Both the position numbers and the translations under genes were made by a program. This document shows, in pieces, positions 10,044 to 20,637 of a stretch of DNA of 64,000 bases. Within the stretch, counting starts at the first letter, position 1. Each line of letters starts with the position of its first letter. This stretch comes from a virus, in the IMG/VR virus record IMGVR_UViG_3300029319_008653, positions 1-64,000 of that record; one strand, written 5' to 3'. A model generated the notes under the pieces. It was given only the letters and a program-made list of their open reading frames with translations. It had not been told where the DNA came from and did not search any database.

Positions 10044-11086
10044 TAAGCAATCCTATTATATAAGTCAGTTGTATACTTTACAACTTCGCTTTTATTATCT
10101 ATATCTAATAAATTAACAAACTCTGTTATAGCTTCTATAATATCTACACCAGAAAGATCAAACTCTCCTTCTTCAGAAAATTTAACCTTATTATAATTTA
10201 CATCATAATCTATTCGTATATCTGCAGGTTTATAGCTAGCAAGTTTAGTAACTAATAAATCCATATGTTCAGAATTAATATTTTTATCTATAATTAGCTT
10301 AATAATATTTCCTGCTATTACATTATTAAAATATGATACAGGGTCTTTTTCAGTTATTAATTTTGATAGATATACTTTAATATGCTTAGGTGTAAGTATA
10401 TTATCGATAAATTCATAACTAAGATCATTGGTATCTAATATATAAAATCCTTTAGATTGCATTGAATCGCCAAAATCCATTTCATATGGATTACCAACAT
10501 ATATAATTTCACTATTACCAAAATTACGCTTAGCTCTTAAATGAAAATGGCCGGAAAATACTAGAGGAGCTTTCTCAGCTAAATCTTCAGGATTATCACC
10601 GTGATCACATATCTTAAAAGAGTTCATTTTAAAATTTTCAAGTTCAAAATGACCGAAGACTAAATCACATTTAGGTATATCTATTAACTTAGTACCCCAA
10701 GGACAGAAAGCAGCTTTTCTTTTATTATCATACCAATCTAAAATAGTAAGATTATCATAAACTCTAATATTTTTATAACCTTTTAAAATGCTTAAACTAT
10801 TAATTTCACTTGTATCTTTATACCAAGCATCATGGTTACCGGTAATCATTACAATATCAAAATCTTCAAACTTATCCAAAAAGTCCTTTGCAAAGTTTAG
10901 AGTTTTTACACTTATTTCATCGCGATAATGAAAGAAGTCTCCGCAAAAGATAATACGATTTATGTCTCGATTTTTAAGCTCTGTAATATACCAATCAGCC
11001 CATTGATTAGCTACACCTAACCAGAAGTCACTATTTTGATGTACACCGAGATGTATATCGGAAAAAATTGCTACTTTATCTGACAT
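10043..11086 (-). CDS. 47: gp47 / SbcD-like recombination nuclease
   Basis: SDIHLG, GDFFH, GNHD, GHFE, SGHFH. Confidence 0.95.
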   Translation of the reverse strand: MSDKVAIFSDIHLGVHQNSDFWLGVANQWADWYITELKNRDINRIIFCGDFFHYRDEISVKTLNFAKDFLDKFEDFDIVMITGNHDAWYKDTSEINSLSILKGYKNIRVYDNLTILDWYDNKRKAAFCPWGTKLIDIPKCDLVFGHFELENFKMNSFKICDHGDNPEDLAEKAPLVFSGHFHLRAKRNFGNSEIIYVGNPYEMDFGDSMQSKGFYILDTNDLSYEFIDNILTPKHIKVYLSKLITEKDPVSYFNNVIAGNIIKLIIDKNINSEHMDLLVTKLASYKPADIRIDYDVNYNKVKFSEEGEFDLSGVDIIEAITEFVNLLDIDNKSEVVKYTTDLYNRIA

Positions 11087-11571
11087 TAATCAACTATATC
11101 GTCACTATTAGGCTTTATGTATACCATGCCATCTGAAGAGTTAGCCATTTCTTTTTCATATACCATTTCTTTATACTCAGTAATAGTATTATGATGCTTC
11201 TTTTCTTTTTTAATACGATTTATAAACGCATGAAAAGCAATAGTAGTAAAATATGAAAAAGGATTATAGTCTGATTCTACATTAAACTTTTTATTTTTTA
11301 AAGCAGTATACATTTTTACTAATGCATCCCCTATCATTTCATCTTTGTATGTGTAGTTAATAAAGTTAGATTTATTACCTAAACCATATGCTATTCTTCT
11401 TAACGATTCAGCCAAACTAGGCGGGCAATATTCAGTCTCGTAATAATCTTGTATTTCTTGCTTAAAGATAGGCGGATTAACGTAATATTGATCTATCTTT
11501 GGCTTAGGCCCTCTTTTTTTAGGAGCCGGTTTATCTTCTACACTTTTAGTAGTAACTTTTTCTTTAGCCAT
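11086..11571 (-). CDS. 55: gp55 late-transcription sigma factor
   Basis: NFINYTYKDEMIGDA, NPFSYFTTIAFHAFINRIKKEKK. Confidence 0.93.
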   Translation of the reverse strand: MAKEKVTTKSVEDKPAPKKRGPKPKIDQYYVNPPIFKQEIQDYYETEYCPPSLAESLRRIAYGLGNKSNFINYTYKDEMIGDALVKMYTALKNKKFNVESDYNPFSYFTTIAFHAFINRIKKEKKHHNTITEYKEMVYEKEMANSSDGMVYIKPNSDDIVD

Positions 11572-11605
11572 ATATTAATTGTAGTATATATTTATTGGTT
11601 ATCAA

Positions 11606-13027
11606 CTATTTCTCCAGTAGAAAAGAAGTATTATATGGTATCTTCTCTTGAGAATATATTTCTTTTCTCTTTTCAACATGACGTTCACCGTATCGTAAAC
11701 TATCTGCTAAATCTATAATAGATAATTTATCTTTACTATCATGCAATCTTAACCCCCTACCAATAGATTGAATAGTTCTTATAGAGCTTTTACCCCCAGC
11801 AGCAAAAACAATCATATGTATATTTTTTATATTAATACCGGTACTAAAAATAGAACTCATTGCAATACAAACTACATTATTATTATCTTCCATAATTTTT
11901 TTAATTCTATCTCGCTCTTCAACTTCTACTTCACCTTTAACAAAGAAGATCTGTTTATCTTCATTCTGTAATTCAGTATATAAAGTATCACCATGAGCAA
12001 TATGGTTAACTAATATTAATATATTATTATTAAAATTTACAGTTAATTGATTTATTACTTTATTCCTAAAATTATTATTATAGATAAAGTCTAACTCAGC
12101 TCGATAATTATCTTGACCTGATACATAGGTAGGTTTAGTTTTATATTTTAATTCAATAATAGATGCTCTCGCTACAGTTAAATGTTTTTCGGTTCTTAGA
12201 CTAAAACTATCTTTTTCATATATAACACTACCTATCTTTCCTATTAAGTTCCATTCATCAGGCTTATGATCAGGTAAAGTTCCGGTTAAACCAAACTTAT
12301 GTACAGTTCTAATAGATTGAATCATTTTACTAACTTTATTACTCTTTTTAACTTTATGACACTCATCAACTACTACAACATCAACGTCTTTTAACCATTC
12401 ATTATCTTTAAATTGACTTTGTAATATGCCTAAATTAGCTATAATAACATCAGCAGTTAAATCAGGTTTTATACTACCAGTCCATTTAGTAAATTTAAAT
12501 AAAGCATTATACTCTACAAAGTCTTTATAAGTCTGATTAACTAGTCCTAAGTCAGGTACAATTAATAAACATTTTAAATTATTTTTACGCTGTAAATACA
12601 TGCTCATTAATAATGAACATATAGTAAGAGTTTTACCAGCACCAGTACCCATTTTTAAAATACCTCTACCAAACGTAATAGCTTTCTTACAAGCATCTTC
12701 TTGATAATCTCTTAATTTATGAGTTAAACTATCGTAAACTCTTGCATCATCTAAAGTAGGTTTAACTCTACTCGGAATAACAGGGTCAATACTAAGCTCT
12801 TCATTAGGGTATGTTTCTTTTATATATCTTACTATATCATAAAACATTCCTTCTTCAAAAAGACCAGTAGGTGTAATACCGTATATTTTAGGATTAGCGT
12901 AAAATCTTGCTCTACCACGTAAACGAAATCGAGCAGTCTCATCTTTTATACTAAAATGGTCTCTTATTTCATTAAATTTTTCACCTTTAAGGCGAATCTT
13001 ATTTTTATCATAAGTAAGTTCGATCAT
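11606..13027 (-). CDS. uvsW: UvsW SF2 helicase
   Basis: LRDYQ, GTGAGKT, DECH, GLTGT, QSIGRGLR. Confidence 0.93.
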   Translation of the reverse strand: MIELTYDKNKIRLKGEKFNEIRDHFSIKDETARFRLRGRARFYANPKIYGITPTGLFEEGMFYDIVRYIKETYPNEELSIDPVIPSRVKPTLDDARVYDSLTHKLRDYQEDACKKAITFGRGILKMGTGAGKTLTICSLLMSMYLQRKNNLKCLLIVPDLGLVNQTYKDFVEYNALFKFTKWTGSIKPDLTADVIIANLGILQSQFKDNEWLKDVDVVVVDECHKVKKSNKVSKMIQSIRTVHKFGLTGTLPDHKPDEWNLIGKIGSVIYEKDSFSLRTEKHLTVARASIIELKYKTKPTYVSGQDNYRAELDFIYNNNFRNKVINQLTVNFNNNILILVNHIAHGDTLYTELQNEDKQIFFVKGEVEVEERDRIKKIMEDNNNVVCIAMSSIFSTGINIKNIHMIVFAAGGKSSIRTIQSIGRGLRLHDSKDKLSIIDLADSLRYGERHVEKRKEIYSQEKIPYNTSFLLEK

Positions 13028-13419
13028 AATGTTTCCATCTTTATAATCTCGATAATATTTTTAATATCGAAACTTAAAGAACTAAACGTTTTTTCAGTCT
13101 TTTCTAAAAACTCTACTATAAGTTCTTGCTCATCTATACGTCGCTGTACATCTAACATATCGGGATGATTCCATGCAGTTTTTTCAGCTACCGGTATAGT
13201 TACTTTTACAGGGGATTTAGTTCGTATATCTTCTACTATTTTTTTCTTTAATTCATATCTTTCAGCTTTAAGATTAATAATAGTTCTTTTATGGTTGATT
13301 AGTTTACTGACCCAAAAATGCTTTCGCGAAGGTGTCTTCATGGACACATCTTTAATATTAAATTGATCTACAGCTAGATCTTTTTCAATCTCTTTTATAT
13401 ATTGGTCTATAACTTTCAC
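13024..13419 (-). CDS. uvsY: UvsY-like recombination mediator
   Basis: Size, helical character, C-terminal FDIKNIIE and position next to uvsW. Confidence 0.8.
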   Translation of the reverse strand: MKVIDQYIKEIEKDLAVDQFNIKDVSMKTPSRKHFWVSKLINHKRTIINLKAERYELKKKIVEDIRTKSPVKVTIPVAEKTAWNHPDMLDVQRRIDEQELIVEFLEKTEKTFSSLSFDIKNIIEIIKMETL

Positions 13420-13440
13420 TATTATATTATAAATACTAAT

Positions 13441-14814
13441 ATGTCTAATTCAAGTAGTATTTATGGTAAAAGATTTCGTGTTACTCTGCAAGAGGGTGCA
13501 TTAGATTTAATAAAGCAAAAAATTGAAAGAGCTATAACGTTTAAAGAATTTATGAATAGTTTAGTAGGTAAAACTAGACAACAAATATTTGATGCGGGTT
13601 CTTACGCTTTTTTATTTACAGGTAACAAATATGGTATGACTAGTGCTTTTTCTGATGAAAAAAATCCTGAAGTACTTATGACTAGATTTTTACAAAATTT
13701 AGGAAATTATCTTAATAAAAAAGCAGATAAAATAAGATCCGGTGCAGCTAATACAGAGGAGTTTAAAAAGAAATATGATTACTATGGTGAACATAAAGAT
13801 AATGAAAGAAAAAGATTTGAATTAGGTAGAAAAGCAATAAGTTTACCAGATGGTCCAGAAAAAGATGCTGCGCGTAAAGAGTTTTATGCTTTTAGTAATG
13901 ATAGTAAATATTCAATAGCTCGAGATGAATTAACAAAAAAAGAAGATAAAATGATGGAAGATTTTCATAATGCTCCGATCGAACGAGAGGATGTAAAAAA
14001 CGACGGATCTGGCGATTATGTAAAATTAGGATTAATGTTTCAAAGAATATTGAGAATGCAAAAAGGTTTAAATGAAAAATTAGATCCTAAAAAGCATGAT
14101 GCAGGTGATTACGTAAAAGATTTTGCTAAATCTAAAGCCCCACAATTTAAAGGTAAGTCTAAAAAGAAAAAAAGAGAAATGGCTATAGCTGCTTATCTTG
14201 ATGCTAAAGATGAAAGCGAAGAAGGTAGATCAATCTTAGATATGCAAAAAACTCCCTCAGGTGTACCTATAAACAACGTCATAAAAAAAATACAACCATA
14301 TATAAAAAGAATAGTAGATATGGGTATAACTGATCCAGAACATGTTTATCAGTATCTAAAAAACAAATTAGCCCTTGATATTCCACATCATTTAGAAGGA
14401 AATCCATATTTTTTAAAACGTGTTCGTGAAATGGTTGCTAAAGTTCAGGGTAAAAAAATAAAGTCAGGATTAACTGACTCACCATACGACCCTATTGATG
14501 AAAATATTAAAGTTAGAAAAAATAAACAAGGGTTAATGGGATCAAAAACCCGAATTCATAAAGATAAAAAAAAAGAACTATCTAAAAAATTAGGTAGAAA
14601 AAAAATAAAAGATGAAGATGATAATACTGTAGGTGGCGGTGCTCTAGGACCCGCTGCTGCAGCTGGTAATACACAAGGTGATTTTTATGCGACTGGCGAC
14701 TTTAGAGTACCGAAAATGCTAGGCAATGTAGTACAAAAAAGGACTCCACCCGAATTAGTAGCTACTAAAGTTTCCGGCAAGAAGAAACGTAGAAAAAGTA
14801 AGAAGAAGAAGTAA
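13441..14814 (+). CDS. modular, Lys/Glu-rich late protein (probable head-internal protein)
   Basis: TATAAATA-N5-ATG at 13428-13441 sets the start. Contains the phage module DAGDYVKDFAKSKAPQFKGKSKKKKREMAIAAYL. Confidence 0.7.
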   Translation: MSNSSSIYGKRFRVTLQEGALDLIKQKIERAITFKEFMNSLVGKTRQQIFDAGSYAFLFTGNKYGMTSAFSDEKNPEVLMTRFLQNLGNYLNKKADKIRSGAANTEEFKKKYDYYGEHKDNERKRFELGRKAISLPDGPEKDAARKEFYAFSNDSKYSIARDELTKKEDKMMEDFHNAPIEREDVKNDGSGDYVKLGLMFQRILRMQKGLNEKLDPKKHDAGDYVKDFAKSKAPQFKGKSKKKKREMAIAAYLDAKDESEEGRSILDMQKTPSGVPINNVIKKIQPYIKRIVDMGITDPEHVYQYLKNKLALDIPHHLEGNPYFLKRVREMVAKVQGKKIKSGLTDSPYDPIDENIKVRKNKQGLMGSKTRIHKDKKKELSKKLGRKKIKDEDDNTVGGGALGPAAAAGNTQGDFYATGDFRVPKMLGNVVQKRTPPELVATKVSGKKKRRKSKKKK

Positions 14815-14822
14815 TTACTTAC

Positions 14823-15257
14823 GTGGCTGATACAGGACATTGGAAAGTATACGGGGATATCCCCGAAAATGCTTATGGTTTTATATATGAGATAGTTAAT
14901 ACTACTAATCATAAAAAATATATAGGTAAAAAACAAATGGTTAGAAAGATCAGACGTAACCCTCTAAAAGGTAAAAAAAGAAAGCGTATAGATTATATAG
15001 AAAGTGATTGGAAAACATATACCGGCTCTTCTGATGCATTAAACAGTGATATTGCTAGTCAGGGTATTGATAAATTCATATTTAAAATTTTAAAATTTTG
15101 CGATAGTAAGTTTGAATTAAGCTATTTTGAAGCAAAAATGCAATTTGAAAAAGATGTATTGCTAAATGAAGACTACTATAATGGTATTATAAACTGTAGA
15201 ATAGGAAAAGCCCCGAGAGTTTTTTTGGAACAGTATTATAATAAAGATAATGACTAG
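14823..15257 (+). CDS. GIY-YIG-like endonuclease-domain protein
   Basis: GFIYEI...KKYIGKK, YTGSS, YYNGII. Confidence 0.75.
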   Translation: MADTGHWKVYGDIPENAYGFIYEIVNTTNHKKYIGKKQMVRKIRRNPLKGKKRKRIDYIESDWKTYTGSSDALNSDIASQGIDKFIFKILKFCDSKFELSYFEAKMQFEKDVLLNEDYYNGIINCRIGKAPRVFLEQYYNKDND

Positions 15258-15810
15258 TTTAGATTTAGGTGTATATAATCTTTCTTTAATAAACTGTAAT
15301 AATATTCTTTCGGGTAATATTAGTTATAACTTAGTTAATGATCTCGCTGAATATGGTTTATTAGGTTCAAAATTTAGTAAAATAGATTGTAAAAAACTAT
15401 TATATCATCACGTAATATATGAATTATGTGAAGCTATTTTAAAAGATACAAGTAAAAAGAAACATGTTCTCTTTTTTAATAATACTCAATTAGAAGAGTC
15501 CCCTTTAACTGAATTTTATACCGAAGAAGATATTATTAAACAAATGACCCATATTCTAAATAGAATGAGAAGTATGTTACCTATTAAAGTATATATTAGT
15601 AGATATAGCTTGCCTTATTTTGATCATTTATTAAAGACAAGACATGGAAGAGGTCAAATGTTATTAAATGATATACAAAAAGATACTTCAAAAGACTTTG
15701 ATAGATTTACTTTTAGTAAAGTTAAAGCTTTTACTAAGCGCTATGATCTTACTTGGCTTAATAATGATTATTTTAACAGGCTGTCAACTAAGTTTCTACT
15801 TATTAAATAA
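15250..15810 (+). CDS. hypothetical protein
   Basis: 186-aa ORF overlapping the previous gene. Confidence 0.7.
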   Translation: MTSLDLGVYNLSLINCNNILSGNISYNLVNDLAEYGLLGSKFSKIDCKKLLYHHVIYELCEAILKDTSKKKHVLFFNNTQLEESPLTEFYTEEDIIKQMTHILNRMRSMLPIKVYISRYSLPYFDHLLKTRHGRGQMLLNDIQKDTSKDFDRFTFSKVKAFTKRYDLTWLNNDYFNRLSTKFLLIK

Positions 15811-15818
15811 ATAATAAT

Positions 15819-16304
15819 ATGGACAAGTTTACTCAGTTTGCAAATAAAGTTTTAATGGAGTATGGTACGGTGATAGGATCTTCAGCAGAAGAGATGGAAC
15901 CTACTCAAAAACACGGCGATATAGAAATGCAATTAACCAAAATGCTCGGTGGTAGGGACAGAAGATCCTATATCAGAGCAGGAAAATGCGTAATGACAGG
16001 TCAGGATGCAGGTCCTTTTAGAGATGAACTTTCAGAAAGAGAATATATGATTTCTGGATTGGGTCAAGAAGCTCAAGATATGATATTCAAAGATGAAGAT
16101 GATGAAAAGGCAAAGCATATTGAAGATAATGAAATTAATGCCACTGATTTAAAAACTTTAGAAACAGTTAAAGCATTAGCGGGAGGAAAAGCTAAAGGAG
16201 GCTTGAATCCGTTTGATAGACCTGAAAGAGATATTCAAAAAGCATATGGTCAAATGCTTAGTAAGGTAGCAAAACAAGTTAAGGACGTAGCGAAGAAAAT
16301 ATAA
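15819..16304 (+). CDS. hypothetical late protein
   Basis: AATAAATA-N5-ATG; N-terminus MDKFTQFANKVLME. Confidence 0.72.
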   Translation: MDKFTQFANKVLMEYGTVIGSSAEEMEPTQKHGDIEMQLTKMLGGRDRRSYIRAGKCVMTGQDAGPFRDELSEREYMISGLGQEAQDMIFKDEDDEKAKHIEDNEINATDLKTLETVKALAGGKAKGGLNPFDRPERDIQKAYGQMLSKVAKQVKDVAKKI

Positions 16305-16627
16305 TGAGAAACTTTTTAAATACTTTATATAATACAGGACTAATCAAAGAACAGGATGCAGCGCCTGCTCCAGCTCCAGAAACTGAAGTTGATGTTAATG
16401 TATCTGAAACTGAACCCGCTCCTACTGAAGAAGTTGTACCTTTATCTCCAGAAAGCGAAGTTATGCTTGTACGTATGCTAAAGAAAGCATTAGTAATGAA
16501 GATAGATCCGGATGATGTTACTCAAATTAGTAACTTTTCAGATATTAATGAGAAAAATGCTAAGCAAGTTTTACAACAAATAATTAATATCATGAAAAAC
16601 TATTCACTAGACATTGATATTGATTAA
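16304..16627 (+). CDS. hypothetical protein
   Basis: TAATG-coupled ORF with a Pro/Glu linker. Confidence 0.72.
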   Translation: MRNFLNTLYNTGLIKEQDAAPAPAPETEVDVNVSETEPAPTEEVVPLSPESEVMLVRMLKKALVMKIDPDDVTQISNFSDINEKNAKQVLQQIINIMKNYSLDIDID

Positions 16628-16628
16628 A

Positions 16629-17657
16629 ATGAGTTGGAAACCACTAGATGAAATTTATTTAAAGGAAACTGCTGGAATTAGCGTTCCTGTATTACCGCGG
16701 CAGCAGATGTTTAAGGAAGCAACTGCTAAAGAGGTAATAGCTTTAATAAATGATTTAGAAGATCAAGGATTACTTAAAGATTCTGACGAATTAGATACAG
16801 TTATGCAGTATCTAAGTAAAAAACCTTTTCAAAAAAAGCTTTCTGAGTATCTATCTAAGCAAAATTTAACTGCAAATACTATATCTGAAGGTAATATTCA
16901 AGATATAATAATGGATACTTTAGCAAAAAATAATGATATAGCCCAGTACTCTAAATATATTGAAAAACCTGCAAAATTAAATGCTCTAGGTACTAGAGGT
17001 CAGTTAATTGATAAAGCTAGTGAAATAACTAAATTAAAACCTGAAACTATTAGAGATTTAATTAACTTAATAGGTACTGAAAGTGGTAGAGGAGTAGGTA
17101 GAGCCGAAATAGCACTTGCTACTTTATTCGATGATGTTAAAATGAGCGCTTCAAAGGGTGATTTAGATTGGAATGGTCAGTATCTAGAGGTAAAAGCTAC
17201 TAGTGCACGTTTAGGAAAGAGGGACAGAGCATCTACTAACTTTAATAATACTGCTTTAGGTAAATTAGCACAAGAAAATGGTTTAACTGATAAAAGAATA
17301 GATGTTTTAGTAGCAAATCTAGCTAATATAAAAGAAATAGATGTGCAACGACTTAAAAGTTCATTAAAAGAGTTCGTATCTAATGAATATCCTCATAATA
17401 ATAAAGATTTAATTGAAGATGTAAATTTAAAAGATCCTGCAGCTGTTAGAAAAGCAGTTACTAAAATTTATTTTAATAATTATGCTGCGGGTGAAGGTGT
17501 AGATTCGTTTATTTTTGTAAATACAAGTAATAATAGATTTTTTAGTAGATTTACTCTTTTTACTAAAGATCAAATTAATGATTTAATTGATCAAAATATT
17601 ATAAAGAGCGGTGTTATAACCACTTTAGATTTAGATCCATCACTCGGTACAATATAA
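16629..17657 (+). CDS. hypothetical protein with a putative PD-(D/E)XK nuclease motif
   Basis: GRAEIAL...KGDLDWNGQYLEVK; start taken at MSWKPL. Confidence 0.55.
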   Translation: MSWKPLDEIYLKETAGISVPVLPRQQMFKEATAKEVIALINDLEDQGLLKDSDELDTVMQYLSKKPFQKKLSEYLSKQNLTANTISEGNIQDIIMDTLAKNNDIAQYSKYIEKPAKLNALGTRGQLIDKASEITKLKPETIRDLINLIGTESGRGVGRAEIALATLFDDVKMSASKGDLDWNGQYLEVKATSARLGKRDRASTNFNNTALGKLAQENGLTDKRIDVLVANLANIKEIDVQRLKSSLKEFVSNEYPHNNKDLIEDVNLKDPAAVRKAVTKIYFNNYAAGEGVDSFIFVNTSNNRFFSRFTLFTKDQINDLIDQNIIKSGVITTLDLDPSLGTI

Positions 17658-19468
17658 TGAAAACTTTTAAAAATTATATATTAAACGAAGGAGGAGCAGC
17701 CGGTCATATGGCTCATCCTTTCGATTTACCCCGTATACAAAAAGGTACAGATCTAAAAAGGTTCTTTTTAAATAGCGTACGTTCAATCGAGAAAAATCCT
17801 CCTTCAGTTAAGATAGATGGTGTTAATGCTAGTTTTAGATTAATTGATAAGGATGGTAAGAGAGAGTTTGCTTTAGATAGAGGTTCAATGAAACCTTTAG
17901 ACCTAGAAGGTATTACTTTAGATAAACTAACAGATAGATTTGGCGAAGGTCATGGTATGGTTAATGCAGGTAATAAGCTGTTAACCATTATGAATAATGC
18001 ATTAAATGATATTGAACCTGAACTTAAAAAGTTAGGTATGTGGGATAACTCTAATAGATTTTTCAATACTGAGTTTGTAGAAGGCCAATCCAATGTACTA
18101 CAATATGATAATGATTTTTTAGCTATTCACGGTATAAATGAATTTTATCAAGCAACACCTAAAAGAAGAGCTAGTAAAGAAATAGATTATAACACTAAAG
18201 CATTGCAAACCTTAATAAGCAAGTTAAACAAGTATGCAGAACCGTATAATTTTAAAGTATATGGTAGTATACCGGCAAAACTAACTAAAAAACCTAATTT
18301 TGAACACGTATTAGGTAAAAATTTTACTATAAATTTAAAAAATGAACGTATTTCTAAGCCATTAGTACAATTTTTAATGGATGCTGATAATCCTTTCAAT
18401 ACAATGATTGAATTAGAAGATGGTAAACGTGTTGGAGCGTTAAGTAAATTTGTATACTTACAGATCCTAAATGGTGTACCAGTAGATACCTTTGTAAAAG
18501 ATGAAGAAGACTACCAGAAAGCTATAGATGGTGCTGTTTTTTATCATGCAACAAGAGTTTTAGGTGATGAACTCCTTACAACATTAACTTCAGATATGGG
18601 AGATGTAAAATATCATGAAGGTATTGTAATTAGAGACCCACAATTTGGTGATAAACCTGTAAAAGTAACTGGAGAGTTTATTGTTGGTGGTATGGACTCT
18701 AAATTTAGAAGTGAAAATAATGAAATGCTTCCTTATTATTCTAATTACATAAAAAATCCTCCAGTTAGGGGCGATTTTTATGGAAAAGGTAGATTTAGAA
18801 CTACACCCAACCCCATAGGAGAAACTTTTGATGAGTTATATTCTTCTGTAATGCTGTTTGAACTAGACCAAGTTATGGCAGAAGATATAATTGTTATATA
18901 TCCAGGAAGATTTCATCCATTCCATAAAGGTCATGCATCGGTTTATAATAAATTATCTGAAAAGTTTCCTAACGCCGATATATACATAACTACATCTAAT
19001 AAAACTGATGGAGATAAGTCTCCGTTTACATTTGATGAGAAAAAAACTATGATGGTCAGCGCAGGTGTTGATCCAGATAAGGTTGTTGAAGTAAAAAATC
19101 CTTATAATCCAGTAGAGATACTTCAAAGATATGATAGTGACTCTTCTAAAGTTATTTTTGCTATATCTGCTAAGGATATGGAAGGGCCAGGTGCTAGATT
19201 CAAGTTTGGTACTAAAAAGGACGGCAGTCCTTCCTATTTTCAACCTTTTGTAAGTGTTAGAGAGTCAGAATTTATGGGTAAGCACGGATATATTGATACT
19301 TTACCTACTATAGATTTTAGAATTAACGATAATCCGGTAAGAAGTGCTTCTGAAGTAAGAAATCTATACAAGAATGCAGATCCAGAAACAAGAAAAAAGA
19401 TAATTCATGGTTTATACGGTTCAGTTGATAGAGATATAATGAATATCTTTAATGCGAAGTTTAATTAA
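17657..19468 (+). CDS. two-domain protein: N-terminal ligase-like (DUF6267-like) domain plus C-terminal HxGH nucleotidyltransferase
   Basis: GHMAHPFD, VKIDG, HEGIVIRD; YPGRFHPFHKGH, SASEVR. Confidence 0.75.
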   Translation: MKTFKNYILNEGGAAGHMAHPFDLPRIQKGTDLKRFFLNSVRSIEKNPPSVKIDGVNASFRLIDKDGKREFALDRGSMKPLDLEGITLDKLTDRFGEGHGMVNAGNKLLTIMNNALNDIEPELKKLGMWDNSNRFFNTEFVEGQSNVLQYDNDFLAIHGINEFYQATPKRRASKEIDYNTKALQTLISKLNKYAEPYNFKVYGSIPAKLTKKPNFEHVLGKNFTINLKNERISKPLVQFLMDADNPFNTMIELEDGKRVGALSKFVYLQILNGVPVDTFVKDEEDYQKAIDGAVFYHATRVLGDELLTTLTSDMGDVKYHEGIVIRDPQFGDKPVKVTGEFIVGGMDSKFRSENNEMLPYYSNYIKNPPVRGDFYGKGRFRTTPNPIGETFDELYSSVMLFELDQVMAEDIIVIYPGRFHPFHKGHASVYNKLSEKFPNADIYITTSNKTDGDKSPFTFDEKKTMMVSAGVDPDKVVEVKNPYNPVEILQRYDSDSSKVIFAISAKDMEGPGARFKFGTKKDGSPSYFQPFVSVRESEFMGKHGYIDTLPTIDFRINDNPVRSASEVRNLYKNADPETRKKIIHGLYGSVDRDIMNIFNAKFN

Positions 19469-20283
19469 CCATGAGGACCAGGTTGAGTCATCTTATCTTC
19501 GATAAAATCGTCTAATTCTTTACCTTTTAGACCTTTTTTCTTACCTTCATTATGATATTTTATCATTAATTCCTCATTTACATCATCTTCGTCGTCTTCT
19601 GTACCGCCAAATCCAGTATTCATAGCTGTTTGTGTACCTTTATCGGTGTCTAGCTCGACTGATTGCTGATTTCTAGGCTCTTCTTGATCAGAATCTTTTT
19701 CTTCCTCATCACTATAGCATGGCTCTTTAGTAGGGAAGTTATCTTCATAATCTAGATAATGATAAACTGATGATAGATAGTCAGCTGCTTTAGTTATTTT
19801 ACTAGCTACCCATCCTTCTAAGTAATCACTTTCAGGATGATTACCTATATGGTGGAATAATTTAGCGGCATACTCATTAGCTTTAAGCAATTCTAATCTA
19901 GCCATATCTATTTCGCCATCATAAATTTGCCTACCTTCTCTATCATCTCCTTCGTCTGCGCATCCACAATCTTCTTTTTCTCCAGCTTGTATATAAACAG
20001 CTTCATCTTCGATAGGAGCTTCAGTTTTTCTTTTAAAAGGTGTAGTGCTTCCAATAGAAGTTATTCTAATCATAGATGGTGTATTAGGACCAAGACCTAA
20101 GTCATCTTCTTCTTTGGTTTCCGGCTCTTCTTTTATTTTAGGCATCTCTTCCTTAGCCTTCTGTAGCTTCATAAAAGAAGATATTCTATCATCTTCTTCG
20201 CCTTCAAAACCTTTAAGACTTCTTACCTTTTCATTCATACTTACGTATGCTTCAAAAATTAGATCGCTTTCTTTATTAGCCAT
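19465..20283 (-). CDS. acidic hypothetical late protein
   Basis: TATAAATA-N5-ATG; contains the phage module EGWVASKITKAADYLSSVYHYL. Confidence 0.75.
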   Translation of the reverse strand: MANKESDLIFEAYVSMNEKVRSLKGFEGEEDDRISSFMKLQKAKEEMPKIKEEPETKEEDDLGLGPNTPSMIRITSIGSTTPFKRKTEAPIEDEAVYIQAGEKEDCGCADEGDDREGRQIYDGEIDMARLELLKANEYAAKLFHHIGNHPESDYLEGWVASKITKAADYLSSVYHYLDYEDNFPTKEPCYSDEEEKDSDQEEPRNQQSVELDTDKGTQTAMNTGFGGTEDDEDDVNEELMIKYHNEGKKKGLKGKELDDFIEDKMTQPGPHG

Positions 20284-20315
20284 ATTATTATTTATAAAAT
20301 TTAATAAATAATTAC

Positions 20316-20636
20316 ATGAAGTTCAATGATGAGGTACTATCCCTACTGGAATCTTTTGAAGAGGATGCAGAATATAGAGGGCGTAAAGTTAAGCTTAACA
20401 AGCCTATGCGAGGCGACGTTAAGAAGTTTAAAGTATACGTTAAAGACCCCAAGACTGGTAATATTAAAAAGGTTAATTTTGGTCATGGTGGTACTTCAGC
20501 TAAGCGCAGAGGTGAAAAGACTATGAAGATACGTAAAAGTAATCCACAAAGACGTAAATCTTTTAGAGCTAGGCATAACTGCGATAACCCCGGTCCTAAA
20601 ACTAAAGCCAGATATTGGTCATGCAGAAAATGGTAA
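20316..20636 (+). CDS. basic conserved phage protein (DUF6321-like)
   Basis: KKVNFG...RRKSFRARHNC...ARYWSCRKW; late promoter. Confidence 0.75.
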   Translation: MKFNDEVLSLLESFEEDAEYRGRKVKLNKPMRGDVKKFKVYVKDPKTGNIKKVNFGHGGTSAKRRGEKTMKIRKSNPQRRKSFRARHNCDNPGPKTKARYWSCRKW

Positions 20637-20637
20637 T

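Noticed and set aside
14823-15257. Mobile homing endonuclease or intron
   Set aside because: Only a lone 144-aa GIY-YIG-like domain, with no DNA-binding repeats and no interrupted host gene
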